Source: Nanobdellota archaeon (GTDB lineage Archaea; Nanobdellota; Nanobdellia; Woesearchaeales; SM23-78). From it: a DNA stretch of 54,602 nucleotides. The position numbers and the translations under genes are program-made. The stretch is taken from positions 1 to 54,602 of the forward strand of contig JAHJQO010000044.1 of the NCBI GenBank assembly GCA_018819305.1, read 5' to 3'. Of the stretch, positions 1-6,568 are shown piece after piece (position 1 is the first letter of the stretch; the number at the start of each line of letters is the position of its first letter). The notes below the pieces were generated by a model. That model was not told the DNA's origin, did not search any database, and saw nothing but the letters and a program-made list of their open reading frames with translations.

Positions 1-34
1 AGTTCTGGTTTTTGTTTGATGCGATGTAAGCCAT
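1..34 (-). CDS. 5' end of a CDS running off the left edge (MAYIASNKNQN...)
   Basis: ATG at 32-34 on the minus strand, with GAGGTG (revcomp of 41-46) 6 nt upstream. The frame is open to the window edge. Too short to name. Confidence 0.3.
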   Translation of the reverse strand, partial: MAYIASNKNQN

Positions 35-141
35 AGAAATCACCTCGTTTTTATCGATTTTATAGACGAGGAAGTATATAAATGTTTGCATTTGTCGTCG
101 AGAGATAAAATTAGGAAAGGGGTAATTATGGGACAGCCTGA

Positions 142-339
142 TGGGTTGAGCTGGATAAGAATGATCATGTAACTATTAACACAATCAAGCATGAACTTGC
201 TCATTTATTCGAGGCCAAGCACGAGAATGATGAGTGTTATATAATGCATCCCCTGAGTAAGAACAGTTACACATGGTCTTCTGCAACCAAAGATACTATT
301 CTAAATAATAAGTTCAGGAAGTTCAAGCATGATTATTAA
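142..339 (+). pseudogene. Start-less ORF fragment with a metzincin-type zinc-peptidase motif (archaemetzincin/M54-like)
   Basis: Reads ...TINTIKHELAHLFEAKHENDECYIMHP..., which has HExxHxxxxxH spacing followed by C-x-I-M-H. There is no in-frame start codon. A nearby ATG at 128 is in another frame and stops at 170-172. Confidence 0.35.
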
Positions 340-357
340 TTCCAAACTTAAAAGTTT

Positions 358-738
358 TTAAAAAAATTTAATCAGGTGATCAACCACTTCTTTAATCTTA
401 ACTTTTTTCAAAGAACCAACCTTTCTCTCTATAAGTGTTTTATCAGCAGTAAACAATCTGTTAGGCCTTATAAAACTCGCAACACTCAGTTTTCCTTTAA
501 CAAAGTCTTTATCAACTAAAGAAACAGAATATTCATCTTTTCTTGCCTGGCTTGTTATCTGGCAAAGGATATAATCATCTCCTTTCAAACCTGCAAGAAC
601 CAAAACAGGCCTTTTCTTGGCAGTGCTTAAATCAGAAAAAGGAAATGGCATCACAACCACATCGCCCATCAAAAATGGAACATTTTTGGGGGTGCCCGAA
701 ACACTGGATTTCTCAGCACCCTTTACAAGTTTTTCCAT
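358..738 (-). CDS. MazF/PemK-family type II toxin (endoribonuclease)
   Basis: 126 aa with GDVVVMPFPFSD...KKRPVLVL...ILCQITSQ...SFIRPNRLFTADK, typical of PemK/MazF. It overlaps the upstream AbrB-type antitoxin gene by 16 nt. Confidence 0.85.
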   Translation of the reverse strand: MEKLVKGAEKSSVSGTPKNVPFLMGDVVVMPFPFSDLSTAKKRPVLVLAGLKGDDYILCQITSQARKDEYSVSLVDKDFVKGKLSVASFIRPNRLFTADKTLIERKVGSLKKVKIKEVVDHLIKFF

Positions 739-1001
739 GCTTTATCCTCTTTTTTAGAAAGCCAGTCCTTAGCCAAAGCTTTTTCACTTGCCAAAGCAGT
801 CTTAATTCCTTCTTTTGAAAAGTCAAGTCTCTTACTAACCTGCTCTAATGGCCTTAACTCTATCCTGTCATTGTAAGCAATTATTGCTATTTTATCGCCT
901 TCTTCAAAACCATCTAAAGACCGAATGTCTTTAGGAATAGCTATCTGTCCTTTGTTTGTGATGGTTGCTGTTCTCAATTCAATTACACCCATAAATATCA
1001 C
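723..1001 (-). CDS. AbrB/MazE/SpoVT-family antitoxin
   Basis: TITNKGQIAIPKDIRSLDGFEEGDKIAIIAYNDRIELRP is a swapped-hairpin AbrB motif. The ORF-track start is GTG at 1001. ATG at 992 (MGVIEL...) preceded by GGTGAT is the more likely start. Confidence 0.8.
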   Translation of the reverse strand: MIFMGVIELRTATITNKGQIAIPKDIRSLDGFEEGDKIAIIAYNDRIELRPLEQVSKRLDFSKEGIKTALASEKALAKDWLSKKEDKAWKNL

Positions 1002-1030
1002 CTTTTCTTACAAGTAAGAATAGTAAGAAA

Positions 1031-1128
1031 AAGTATTTAAATGTTTCGGTATAAATAAAAATTCACTCATTTAAATAATGCTATTATAAAAAACCAGAAA
1101 AAAATAATTAAATCCGCAATTCTTTCAA
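1031..1128. repeat. Copy R1 of a roughly 100-nt repeat shared by three TA operon upstream regions
   Basis: 1065-1104 is identical over 40 nt to 3057-3096. The repeat sits about 65 nt from the start of the minus-strand TA operon. On the minus strand it reads as T-runs (TTTTTTTCTGGTTTTTT) followed by TATA-like boxes. Confidence 0.85.
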
Positions 1129-1161
1129 CAACTTTATAAAATAACACTCTATCTTTTCACC

Positions 1162-1470
1162 ATGGAATGCTCTCAGTGCAGCACTTGCTGTAAACTATTC
1201 GTGGTCAATCTGTCTGAAGAAGAATACAAATCAAAGAAATATAAAACCCAATTCGAATCATTTGGAATTGTAGACGATTTTGAAGAGGCTGAATTAATCG
1301 GTGCGAATATTATTGAACAAAAACCAAACGGCAGCTGTTATTATCTCATAAACAACAAATGCTCAATTCATAAAACCAAGCCTGTCTCATGCAGAAACTT
1401 CTTTTGTTCTTCAAAAGACAAGAAATTCAGGGAAATGATTAAGACTATCAAAGCATCAAAAAGAGTTTGA
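1162..1470 (+). CDS. YkgJ/UPF0153-type CxxCxxCC zinc/iron-chelating domain protein
   Basis: N-terminal MECSQCSTCC (CxxCxxCC), plus the downstream cysteines CYYL..NKCSIH..CRNFFC. Confidence 0.65.
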   Translation: MECSQCSTCCKLFVVNLSEEEYKSKKYKTQFESFGIVDDFEEAELIGANIIEQKPNGSCYYLINNKCSIHKTKPVSCRNFFCSSKDKKFREMIKTIKASKRV

Positions 1471-1533
1471 TTAGAAATTACAGCGATTCAAACTCCAATT
1501 AAATTTATATATACTAACCTCTTTCTTTAATAA

Positions 1534-2118
1534 ATGAAACTAGCTGTTGACATTGCGCTAATCCCTCCAAACAAGGTTTTGGATTGGATTATCAACATTA
1601 ATAAAAATCTTAAACAATCAAAGGATTTCTTTTTCTTGAATAAAAAGAATTTTCTTCCTCATATAAGCCTGGTTATGAGTGTGATTGATAGCAAGGATTT
1701 AAAATCCATCAAAAAAGCATTATCTTCCTTAACTCAAAAACATTCTAAAATAGATATTTGTCTATCAGATATCAAGGTTTACAAGAGACAAAATGTTGTT
1801 GTTTCTGGATTAAAAATCAAAAAATCTCCTGAACTTCAGGCTTTACATGAAGACATATTAAAAACATTGAAACCTTTCTTCTCTTACAAATCTAATAAAG
1901 AAATGTTCTTTCCCCCTATTAACTCATTACCTAATTATTGGCAATTAAAACTTCACAGAATATTAATAAAAAAACTATTCTCTCCACACTTGACTCTTGG
2001 AAGAGGAACCCCTAAGAAGATTAAGCTTCCTTATACTTTCAAAACTTCAAAACTTGCGTTATGTCATTTGGGAAAACATTCTACCTGCAGAAAGATATTA
2101 GCAAGTGTAAAGCTTTAA
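1534..2118 (+). CDS. 2H phosphoesterase superfamily protein (LigT / 2'-5' RNA ligase-like)
   Basis: Two H-x-[ST]-x motifs at the expected spacing: PHISLVMS and PHLTLGRG. Length is 194 aa. Confidence 0.65.
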   Translation: MKLAVDIALIPPNKVLDWIININKNLKQSKDFFFLNKKNFLPHISLVMSVIDSKDLKSIKKALSSLTQKHSKIDICLSDIKVYKRQNVVVSGLKIKKSPELQALHEDILKTLKPFFSYKSNKEMFFPPINSLPNYWQLKLHRILIKKLFSPHLTLGRGTPKKIKLPYTFKTSKLALCHLGKHSTCRKILASVKL

Positions 2119-2160
2119 CTCAACTAAACATTTAAATATTCTCTCTCCTTCCTCATTCTT

Positions 2161-2523
2161 ATGAAAATAAACATAGACGAAAAAGAACTTTCTATCAAAT
2201 TCAATGTTTCAGAAACAATCTTTGGTCTTCATGGCAACTTCAGGATTCCTTTGGAAAACATTGTGAGTGCTTCTGATAAAACACCAGACAGAACATGGCT
2301 TAGAGGTATGAGATTCGGAACTAACACAGGCTTTTACAAGGCAGGAACTTTTTTCACAAAAGACGGCAAAGAGTACTGGAACTATCTGCGTGGAAAGCCT
2401 TACCTAACAATCGAACTCAAAGACCATTCTTACAAAAGAATTACATTGGGAACTGAAAACAACAAATACTTAACTGAAATTATTAATGGAAAAGTCAAAC
2501 ATAAACATCATCGTGGTGATTAA
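2161..2523 (+). CDS. Hypothetical protein (120 aa)
   Basis: Clean ORF with an ATG start and an upstream TATA-like TTTAAATAT. No motif I can name. Confidence 0.5.
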   Translation: MKINIDEKELSIKFNVSETIFGLHGNFRIPLENIVSASDKTPDRTWLRGMRFGTNTGFYKAGTFFTKDGKEYWNYLRGKPYLTIELKDHSYKRITLGTENNKYLTEIINGKVKHKHHRGD

Positions 2524-2755
2524 ATCTTAAGAACTCAACCACTTTTTCTTCTTCAATTATCTGAAACACAAGAACATAACATCCTATCTGCACTCTTCTT
2601 TTGTTTTTCAAATCATTTCTTAATGGTTTGTAATGATAAGGATTGAGAAGTATTTCATCAATTTTCTTGTCAACTCTTTGAACTAACACAGGATCTTTTT
2701 TTGCGAGTTTAGCAAGCTCTTCATCTAGGTTTTCTTTTACTTTCTTTGTGTACAT
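2495..2755 (-). CDS. RelE/ParE-superfamily type II toxin
   Basis: 86 aa with ...NPYHYKPLRNDLKNKRRVQIGCYVLVFQI..EEKVVEFLRFNHHDDVY, a typical RelE/StbE C-terminal pattern. It overlaps the upstream antitoxin ORF. Confidence 0.8.
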   Translation of the reverse strand: MYTKKVKENLDEELAKLAKKDPVLVQRVDKKIDEILLNPYHYKPLRNDLKNKRRVQIGCYVLVFQIIEEEKVVEFLRFNHHDDVYV

Positions 2756-2990
2756 TCTTAAGCCCGTATCTTTCTGCTAAGCTGCCTTTAATTTCTATGC
2801 TTTTTTCCTTTTCAGCTTTTTTCAGTTCTTCAATAAATTCAGGCCTAAGCTCATACTCATCTTTCTCTTCAATATAAAAGTCAACCAAATACTCAACAGC
2901 TTCACTCTTGTCTTTGTATCCATTTCTCGCTTTTATAGTATTCAGAGCTCTGTTTGCATTCTCACTCAAATTTAATAGTGCAGTTACCAA
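2721..2990 (-). CDS. Putative antitoxin partner of the RelE-like toxin
   Basis: 89-aa acidic ORF with a TTG start, immediately upstream of the toxin and overlapping it. The assignment rests on position only. Confidence 0.55.
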   Translation of the reverse strand: MVTALLNLSENANRALNTIKARNGYKDKSEAVEYLVDFYIEEKDEYELRPEFIEELKKAEKEKSIEIKGSLAERYGLKNVHKESKRKPR

Positions 2991-3020
2991 CTTATTTCAC
3001 CTAAGCCCAACTAAGTTAAA

Positions 3021-3120
3021 CTTATTTATAAACCTTTCGAAATACATAAGAAATCTACTCATTTAAATAATGCTATTATAAAAAACCAGAAAAAAACAAT
3101 CAAATTCGTAAATCTTTCAA
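3021..3120. repeat. Copy R2 of the TA-upstream repeat
   Basis: 40 nt identical to R1 (3057-3096) and 29 nt identical to R3 (3080-3108 = 3728-3756). It lies 66 nt from the antitoxin/RelE operon start, and its right end overlaps the stop codon of the preceding minus-strand gene (3117-3119). Confidence 0.85.
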
Positions 3121-3410
3121 GCAACAATCCTAATTCCTTTTTTCTCAGGTATCAGAACAACTTCTTCTTTAAAATTATATTTTTTAACCAGTTCATTTGG
3201 AATTCTTAAGCCAAGACTTTTTCCCCAGGGCGTGAGTTTTGCATGGTATTTTTTCATTTCCCTGTATTTATCAGCAACCGCATGCAATTGCTTCATCTCA
3301 ACGATTTCTTCACCACATTTAGCACACTTATAATATGTATAACCAACACCTTCAGGTGTCTTGCCTTTCATTTCTTTCATATTTCCATTACATTCTGAGC
3401 ATTTTTTCAT
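3117..3410 (-). CDS. Zinc-ribbon + AbrB/SpoVT fusion protein, putative antitoxin
   Basis: N-terminal CSEC..(x21)..CAKC zinc ribbon. The C-terminal WGKSLGLRIPNELVKKYNFKEEVVLIPEKKGIRI is AbrB-like. ATGA start/stop overlap with the upstream DUF4258-like gene. Confidence 0.65.
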   Translation of the reverse strand: MKKCSECNGNMKEMKGKTPEGVGYTYYKCAKCGEEIVEMKQLHAVADKYREMKKYHAKLTPWGKSLGLRIPNELVKKYNFKEEVVLIPEKKGIRIVA

Positions 3411-3637
3411 TTTTCCACCAATATAGTCACAATAATTATTTTCTCACCTTTGAACCTGCCAACACAAACGACTTTGTAGTTCTTGTATTGCCTTATAAAC
3501 TTTAATTGATTTTTACCATATCTTATTATTTTACCTCCAAAAAAAGTTGCTTCTATCATATCTGGAGTTACTCCTCTTTCCATTGCTCTCTGAAAAGCAT
3601 GCCTCTTTATCTCCAGCTCGAATTTTGCAACATCCAT
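3407..3637 (-). CDS. DUF4258-like small toxin
   Basis: 76 aa. IKRHAFQRAMERGVTPDMIEATFFGGKII matches the H-A-x2-R-x2-ER-G-I/V signature of DUF4258 proteins. First gene of a two-gene operon. Confidence 0.6.
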   Translation of the reverse strand: MDVAKFELEIKRHAFQRAMERGVTPDMIEATFFGGKIIRYGKNQLKFIRQYKNYKVVCVGRFKGEKIIIVTILVEK

Positions 3638-3670
3638 TTTGATATCTCATAATATCAATTAATATTAACT

Positions 3671-3768
3671 GCTTTAAATAGTTTTTGGAAATAAATATAA
3701 AACCACTCATTAATAAACCCAACGAACAAAAAACCAGAAAAAAACAATCAAATTCGGAATTTTTTCAA
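3671..3768. repeat. Copy R3 of the TA-upstream repeat
   Basis: ACTCAT at 3705-3710, followed by a 29-nt run (3728-3756) identical to R2. It lies 67 nt from the start of the DUF4258 operon. Confidence 0.8.
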
Positions 3769-3792
3769 ACATAATTCACAGTTTCAAAACAA

Positions 3793-4164
3793 TCACAAGA
3801 AATCAACTTCATCTGAAGTTACAGTAATCTCACGTACCTTTTTATCAAATTTACTCTCTCCATCAGAAACAGATTTATTAGTTTCAGGCCTGTAATCATT
3901 TATCGCCTTGTCATTCATTTCAAGGCCGCGCTTGAAATTAACATTGCCACAGTTCATGCAAAAGAAATATGGACCAAACTTGCCCTTGCGAACATCCAGC
4001 CAACCACCGCACACGCATTTCAGATCATCCAGCATTCCTTCTTTATGGTCAACACAAACAGGCACGCCTTGTGAATTCTCAGTCACAGCTCTTTGTCTGC
4101 AGAACGGACACCTGTCCATCTTAGATTGGCCATAAATTTTTTTTCGAAACATAAAGAAAAACAC
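3793..4164 (-). CDS. Topoisomerase-type C4 zinc-finger domain protein
   Basis: CPFCRQ..(x14)..CVDH and CVCGGWLDVRKGKFGPYFFCMNCG resemble zf-C4_Topoisom repeats. The start is ambiguous: GTG 4164, ATG 4152 or ATG 4119. Confidence 0.6.
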   Translation of the reverse strand: MFFFMFRKKIYGQSKMDRCPFCRQRAVTENSQGVPVCVDHKEGMLDDLKCVCGGWLDVRKGKFGPYFFCMNCGNVNFKRGLEMNDKAINDYRPETNKSVSDGESKFDKKVREITVTSDEVDFL

Positions 4165-4800
4165 CTATTCGAGCCCTTTCTTCAGCTCTTCAAAAACATC
4201 ATCAATTGGCTGCTCGCCATTGACTCTTAATAGCAATCCTTTTTCTTCATAATAATCAACAGTGGGCTCTGTTTCTTTATGATAAACTTCAAATCTTTTT
4301 TGAATTGCTTCAGGTGTAGAATCATCACGAACCTTAAGCTCGCCACCGCACTTGTCACAAACGCCTTCTTCTTTAGGCTTAATATATATTGTATTATAAT
4401 TTGCATTGCACTCACTGCAAACTCTTCTTGCACCCATTCTCTTGGCGCATTCTTCCTCGCTTACATCAATAAAAATGCATTTAGTAACTTCCCTATATTC
4501 CTTAAAGAATTCAGCCTGGGTTACTCTTCTGGGATAGCCGTCAAAAACAGCACCTTTTTCAACTTCAGGATTCTTAATAACCCTTAAAAAAATAGCATTG
4601 GCAACTTCATCAGTTCCAAGATTGCCAGCATCAATGAGCTCACGAACCCGTCTGCCAATATCAGAATCTTCTTCTCTTATCTTTCTGAACTCATCGCCAG
4701 TAGAAATATGAACCAATCCTGTTTCTTTTGCAAGCAGAGCAGCCTGCGTGCCTTTGCCAGAACCTGGCAGTCCTAAAACAACATAATTTATCTGTTCCAT
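4165..4800 (-). CDS. adk: Adenylate kinase with a four-Cys zinc LID
   Basis: P-loop GLPGSGKGTQ, then ISTGDEFR, then LID CSECNANYN...CDKCGGELKVRDDS. I place the start at ATG 4798-4800 (MEQINYVV...), preceded by GGGTGA. The 4857 start in the ORF track would overlap the upstream gene by 53 nt. Confidence 0.9.
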   Translation of the reverse strand: MEQINYVVLGLPGSGKGTQAALLAKETGLVHISTGDEFRKIREEDSDIGRRVRELIDAGNLGTDEVANAIFLRVIKNPEVEKGAVFDGYPRRVTQAEFFKEYREVTKCIFIDVSEEECAKRMGARRVCSECNANYNTIYIKPKEEGVCDKCGGELKVRDDSTPEAIQKRFEVYHKETEPTVDYYEEKGLLLRVNGEQPIDDVFEELKKGLE

Positions 4801-4804
4801 TTTT

Positions 4805-5275
4805 TCACCCAAAATACCCCAATTCTTTTTTAGTTTTCTGCTCATTTTTCCAGGCATCTTTTATCTTGGAAAGAATCTTTACAAACTCTTGTTTAACATC
4901 ATTCCATTCATTATGAGTCTTAATAATCAATTTAGCAGCAGATTCTTCATCATGATCAAAGTCATTTATCAACAGATCAGCATGATAAGAAGATACTTTC
5001 TTGAAAAATTCAAAGATTTTCTTCATCTCATCCTCAGAAAAACTCTCTGCTTCATACATAGAAGTAATACTGCTCTCTGGCTGCAGGATATCACCAAGAA
5101 TCTTGAGCACATGCTCAAGTCTCTCAGCCATCTTATTCACTACAAACCTGAGAACATAATCAGTTTCCTCAATCTTGCCAATGCAAAACTCCTTGTCAAG
5201 CAAAGAAAGCTCAGGCAACCCATGCTTCTTCATCAATCCTTCATAAACCTTAATCATGTCTTTTTCTTGTGTCAT
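4805..5275 (-). CDS. Hypothetical protein (156 aa)
   Basis: Clean ORF ending 4 nt before the adk start, so probably co-transcribed with it. No recognisable motif. Confidence 0.55.
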   Translation of the reverse strand: MTQEKDMIKVYEGLMKKHGLPELSLLDKEFCIGKIEETDYVLRFVVNKMAERLEHVLKILGDILQPESSITSMYEAESFSEDEMKKIFEFFKKVSSYHADLLINDFDHDEESAAKLIIKTHNEWNDVKQEFVKILSKIKDAWKNEQKTKKELGYFG

Positions 5276-5329
5276 ATTACTTACAACTTGCAGCTTGTTT
5301 TAATATTTTTCTATAAGAAGAAACAATAA

Positions 5330-5719
5330 TTAAAAATTTGACTCTTTGTCTCTGGTTGCAACTACTCTTGCATTGTCTGAATAAGTATGCAGGTTAAATA
5401 CAATTTTTCGCATTGTAACAAATTCTTCTGAAGATAGTAGTTCACGGGCAAGTGTTTTTTTCCCAGCATATTGTTTTTGCAAGGTTTCCACATTGGTTCT
5501 GAACAATTCATAGTCTCTTTGTTGTTCTGGAGGCAGATTCATCTTCAGGGACATGCCATTTTCACCACAAATAAAAGTGTTATCAGATTCTAATTTCAGA
5601 GTCATATAATCAGGCAAAGATCTGTGCTTAAACCAGTGTATTTCTTTCATTTCTTTTAATAAAACTCCCACTAAATCTTCTGAAAATGATTCAAATTTTT
5701 TTTTCTTCATAAGTATCAC
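5330..5719 (-). CDS. Hypothetical protein (129 aa)
   Basis: Clean ORF starting at GTG 5719 or ATG 5710. No motif recognised. Confidence 0.5.
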   Translation of the reverse strand: MILMKKKKFESFSEDLVGVLLKEMKEIHWFKHRSLPDYMTLKLESDNTFICGENGMSLKMNLPPEQQRDYELFRTNVETLQKQYAGKKTLARELLSSEEFVTMRKIVFNLHTYSDNARVVATRDKESNF

Positions 5720-5777
5720 CCAAAAAAAGATTTCTTCTCAGTTATATAAAGATTTTCATTGCAAAGTAGATATATCA

Positions 5778-5951
5778 TTTAATTCGTAGGATTTCGAGTG
5801 AAACGAGAATATCCTACTTAATTGCATTTGTGAACTTTGGGAGCGAAGCGGGCTAAAGTTCAAAAGGCTTTTTTTCTTTAGTTCGTACGACTTTATGTCG
5901 TACTTGATTGCATTTGTGAACTTTGGGAGCGAAGCGGGCTAAAGTTCAAAA
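5778..5951 (+). repeat. Two tandem copies of a structured element (variable hairpin + conserved 51-nt segment that contains a second hairpin)
   Basis: 5815-5865 and 5901-5951 match at 50 of 51 positions, with an 86-nt period. The conserved hairpin is TGAACTTT-N16-AAAGTTCA. The upstream hairpins GTAGGAT...ATCCTAC (5786-5817) and GTACGAC-TTTAT-GTCGTAC (5885-5903) differ by compensatory changes. A T8 run follows copy 1 (5869-5876). Confidence 0.8.
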
Positions 5952-5975
5952 TCAAAACATTTATATATAACTTAT

Positions 5976-6087
5976 TGTCATACATATAGAATACTATACA
6001 ATTACGTATACCAATTGCATAGTTAAGAGTGCTCAGGCACACAATAAGCTGACATATAACATACAAATGACATACATCTGTCATACA
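5976..6087. promoter_or_regulatory. Four TGWCATAYA motifs upstream of the RHH gene pair (candidate operator sites)
   Basis: TGTCATACA at 5976, TGACATATA at 6050, TGACATACA at 6068 and TGTCATACA at 6079. The last two form the inverted repeat ATGACA-N6-TGTCAT just before the GTG at 6093. Confidence 0.3.
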
Positions 6088-6092
6088 GGGTT

Positions 6093-6299
6093 GTGAGAGT
6101 GAGTAAGAAAAGCCAAGTATTGAACATCAGATTGCCTGAAGAGCTAATTCTAGAACTAGATAATCTTGTAGAAAAAAGAATATTCAAATCACGCTCAGAA
6201 GCTATAAGAGAATTCGCCAGACAGTATGTGCAAGAGCAACAGTTGTACATCACTGCAAAAAACGCCAAAAATTCTGAACAGGAGGGTGGGAGATGGTAA
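6093..6299 (+). CDS. Ribbon-helix-helix (CopG/NikR-N-like) DNA-binding protein
   Basis: VLNIRLPEELILELDNLVEKRIFKSRSEAIREFARQYV fits the beta-strand plus two helices of an RHH fold. GTG start. The stop overlaps the next gene's start (ATGGTAA). Confidence 0.75.
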   Translation: MRVSKKSQVLNIRLPEELILELDNLVEKRIFKSRSEAIREFARQYVQEQQLYITAKNAKNSEQEGGRW

Positions 6300-6568
6300 C
6301 CTCAATTGTTAGTGTGAGGATGCCATCCTCCCTGGTTCAGAAACTAAGAGAACTGGCAAAACAAAACCATTTCTTAGATGTAAGCGAGGAAGTAAGAAGC
6401 ATAATCAAGATCCAGATAAGAAAACAAAAGATAATGATGGGCGAAGCCAGGCCAATTGAAACAGAAACCAAAAAAATCAAACCAACAGACTACAAAACAG
6501 AAAACATGGTAAAAGAAGAATTAGTAAAACGACTCAAAACCATGATACAAGAACTAGAAAATGAATAA
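6293..6568 (+). CDS. Second ribbon-helix-helix protein
   Basis: IVSVRMPSSLVQKLRELAKQNHFLDVSEEVRSIIKIQI is RHH-like. The stop overlaps the start of the 1019-aa gene (ATGAATAA at 6561-6568). Confidence 0.65.
   Translation: MVTSIVSVRMPSSLVQKLRELAKQNHFLDVSEEVRSIIKIQIRKQKIMMGEARPIETETKKIKPTDYKTENMVKEELVKRLKTMIQELENE

Noticed and set aside
4801-4857. N-terminal extension of adenylate kinase offered by the ORF track (MPGKMSRKLKKNWGILGEK...).
   Set aside because: It would overlap the upstream gene by 53 nt and place 19 residues before the P-loop strand. ATG 4800, preceded by GGGTGA, gives the canonical MEQINYVVLGLPGSGKGTQ start.
5815-5951. Possible mini-CRISPR (two 51-nt repeats with an 86-nt period).
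   Set aside because: There are only two copies, the repeat is longer than typical CRISPR repeats, the spacer is itself a homologous hairpin, and no cas genes are present. It is treated instead as a tandem structured element.
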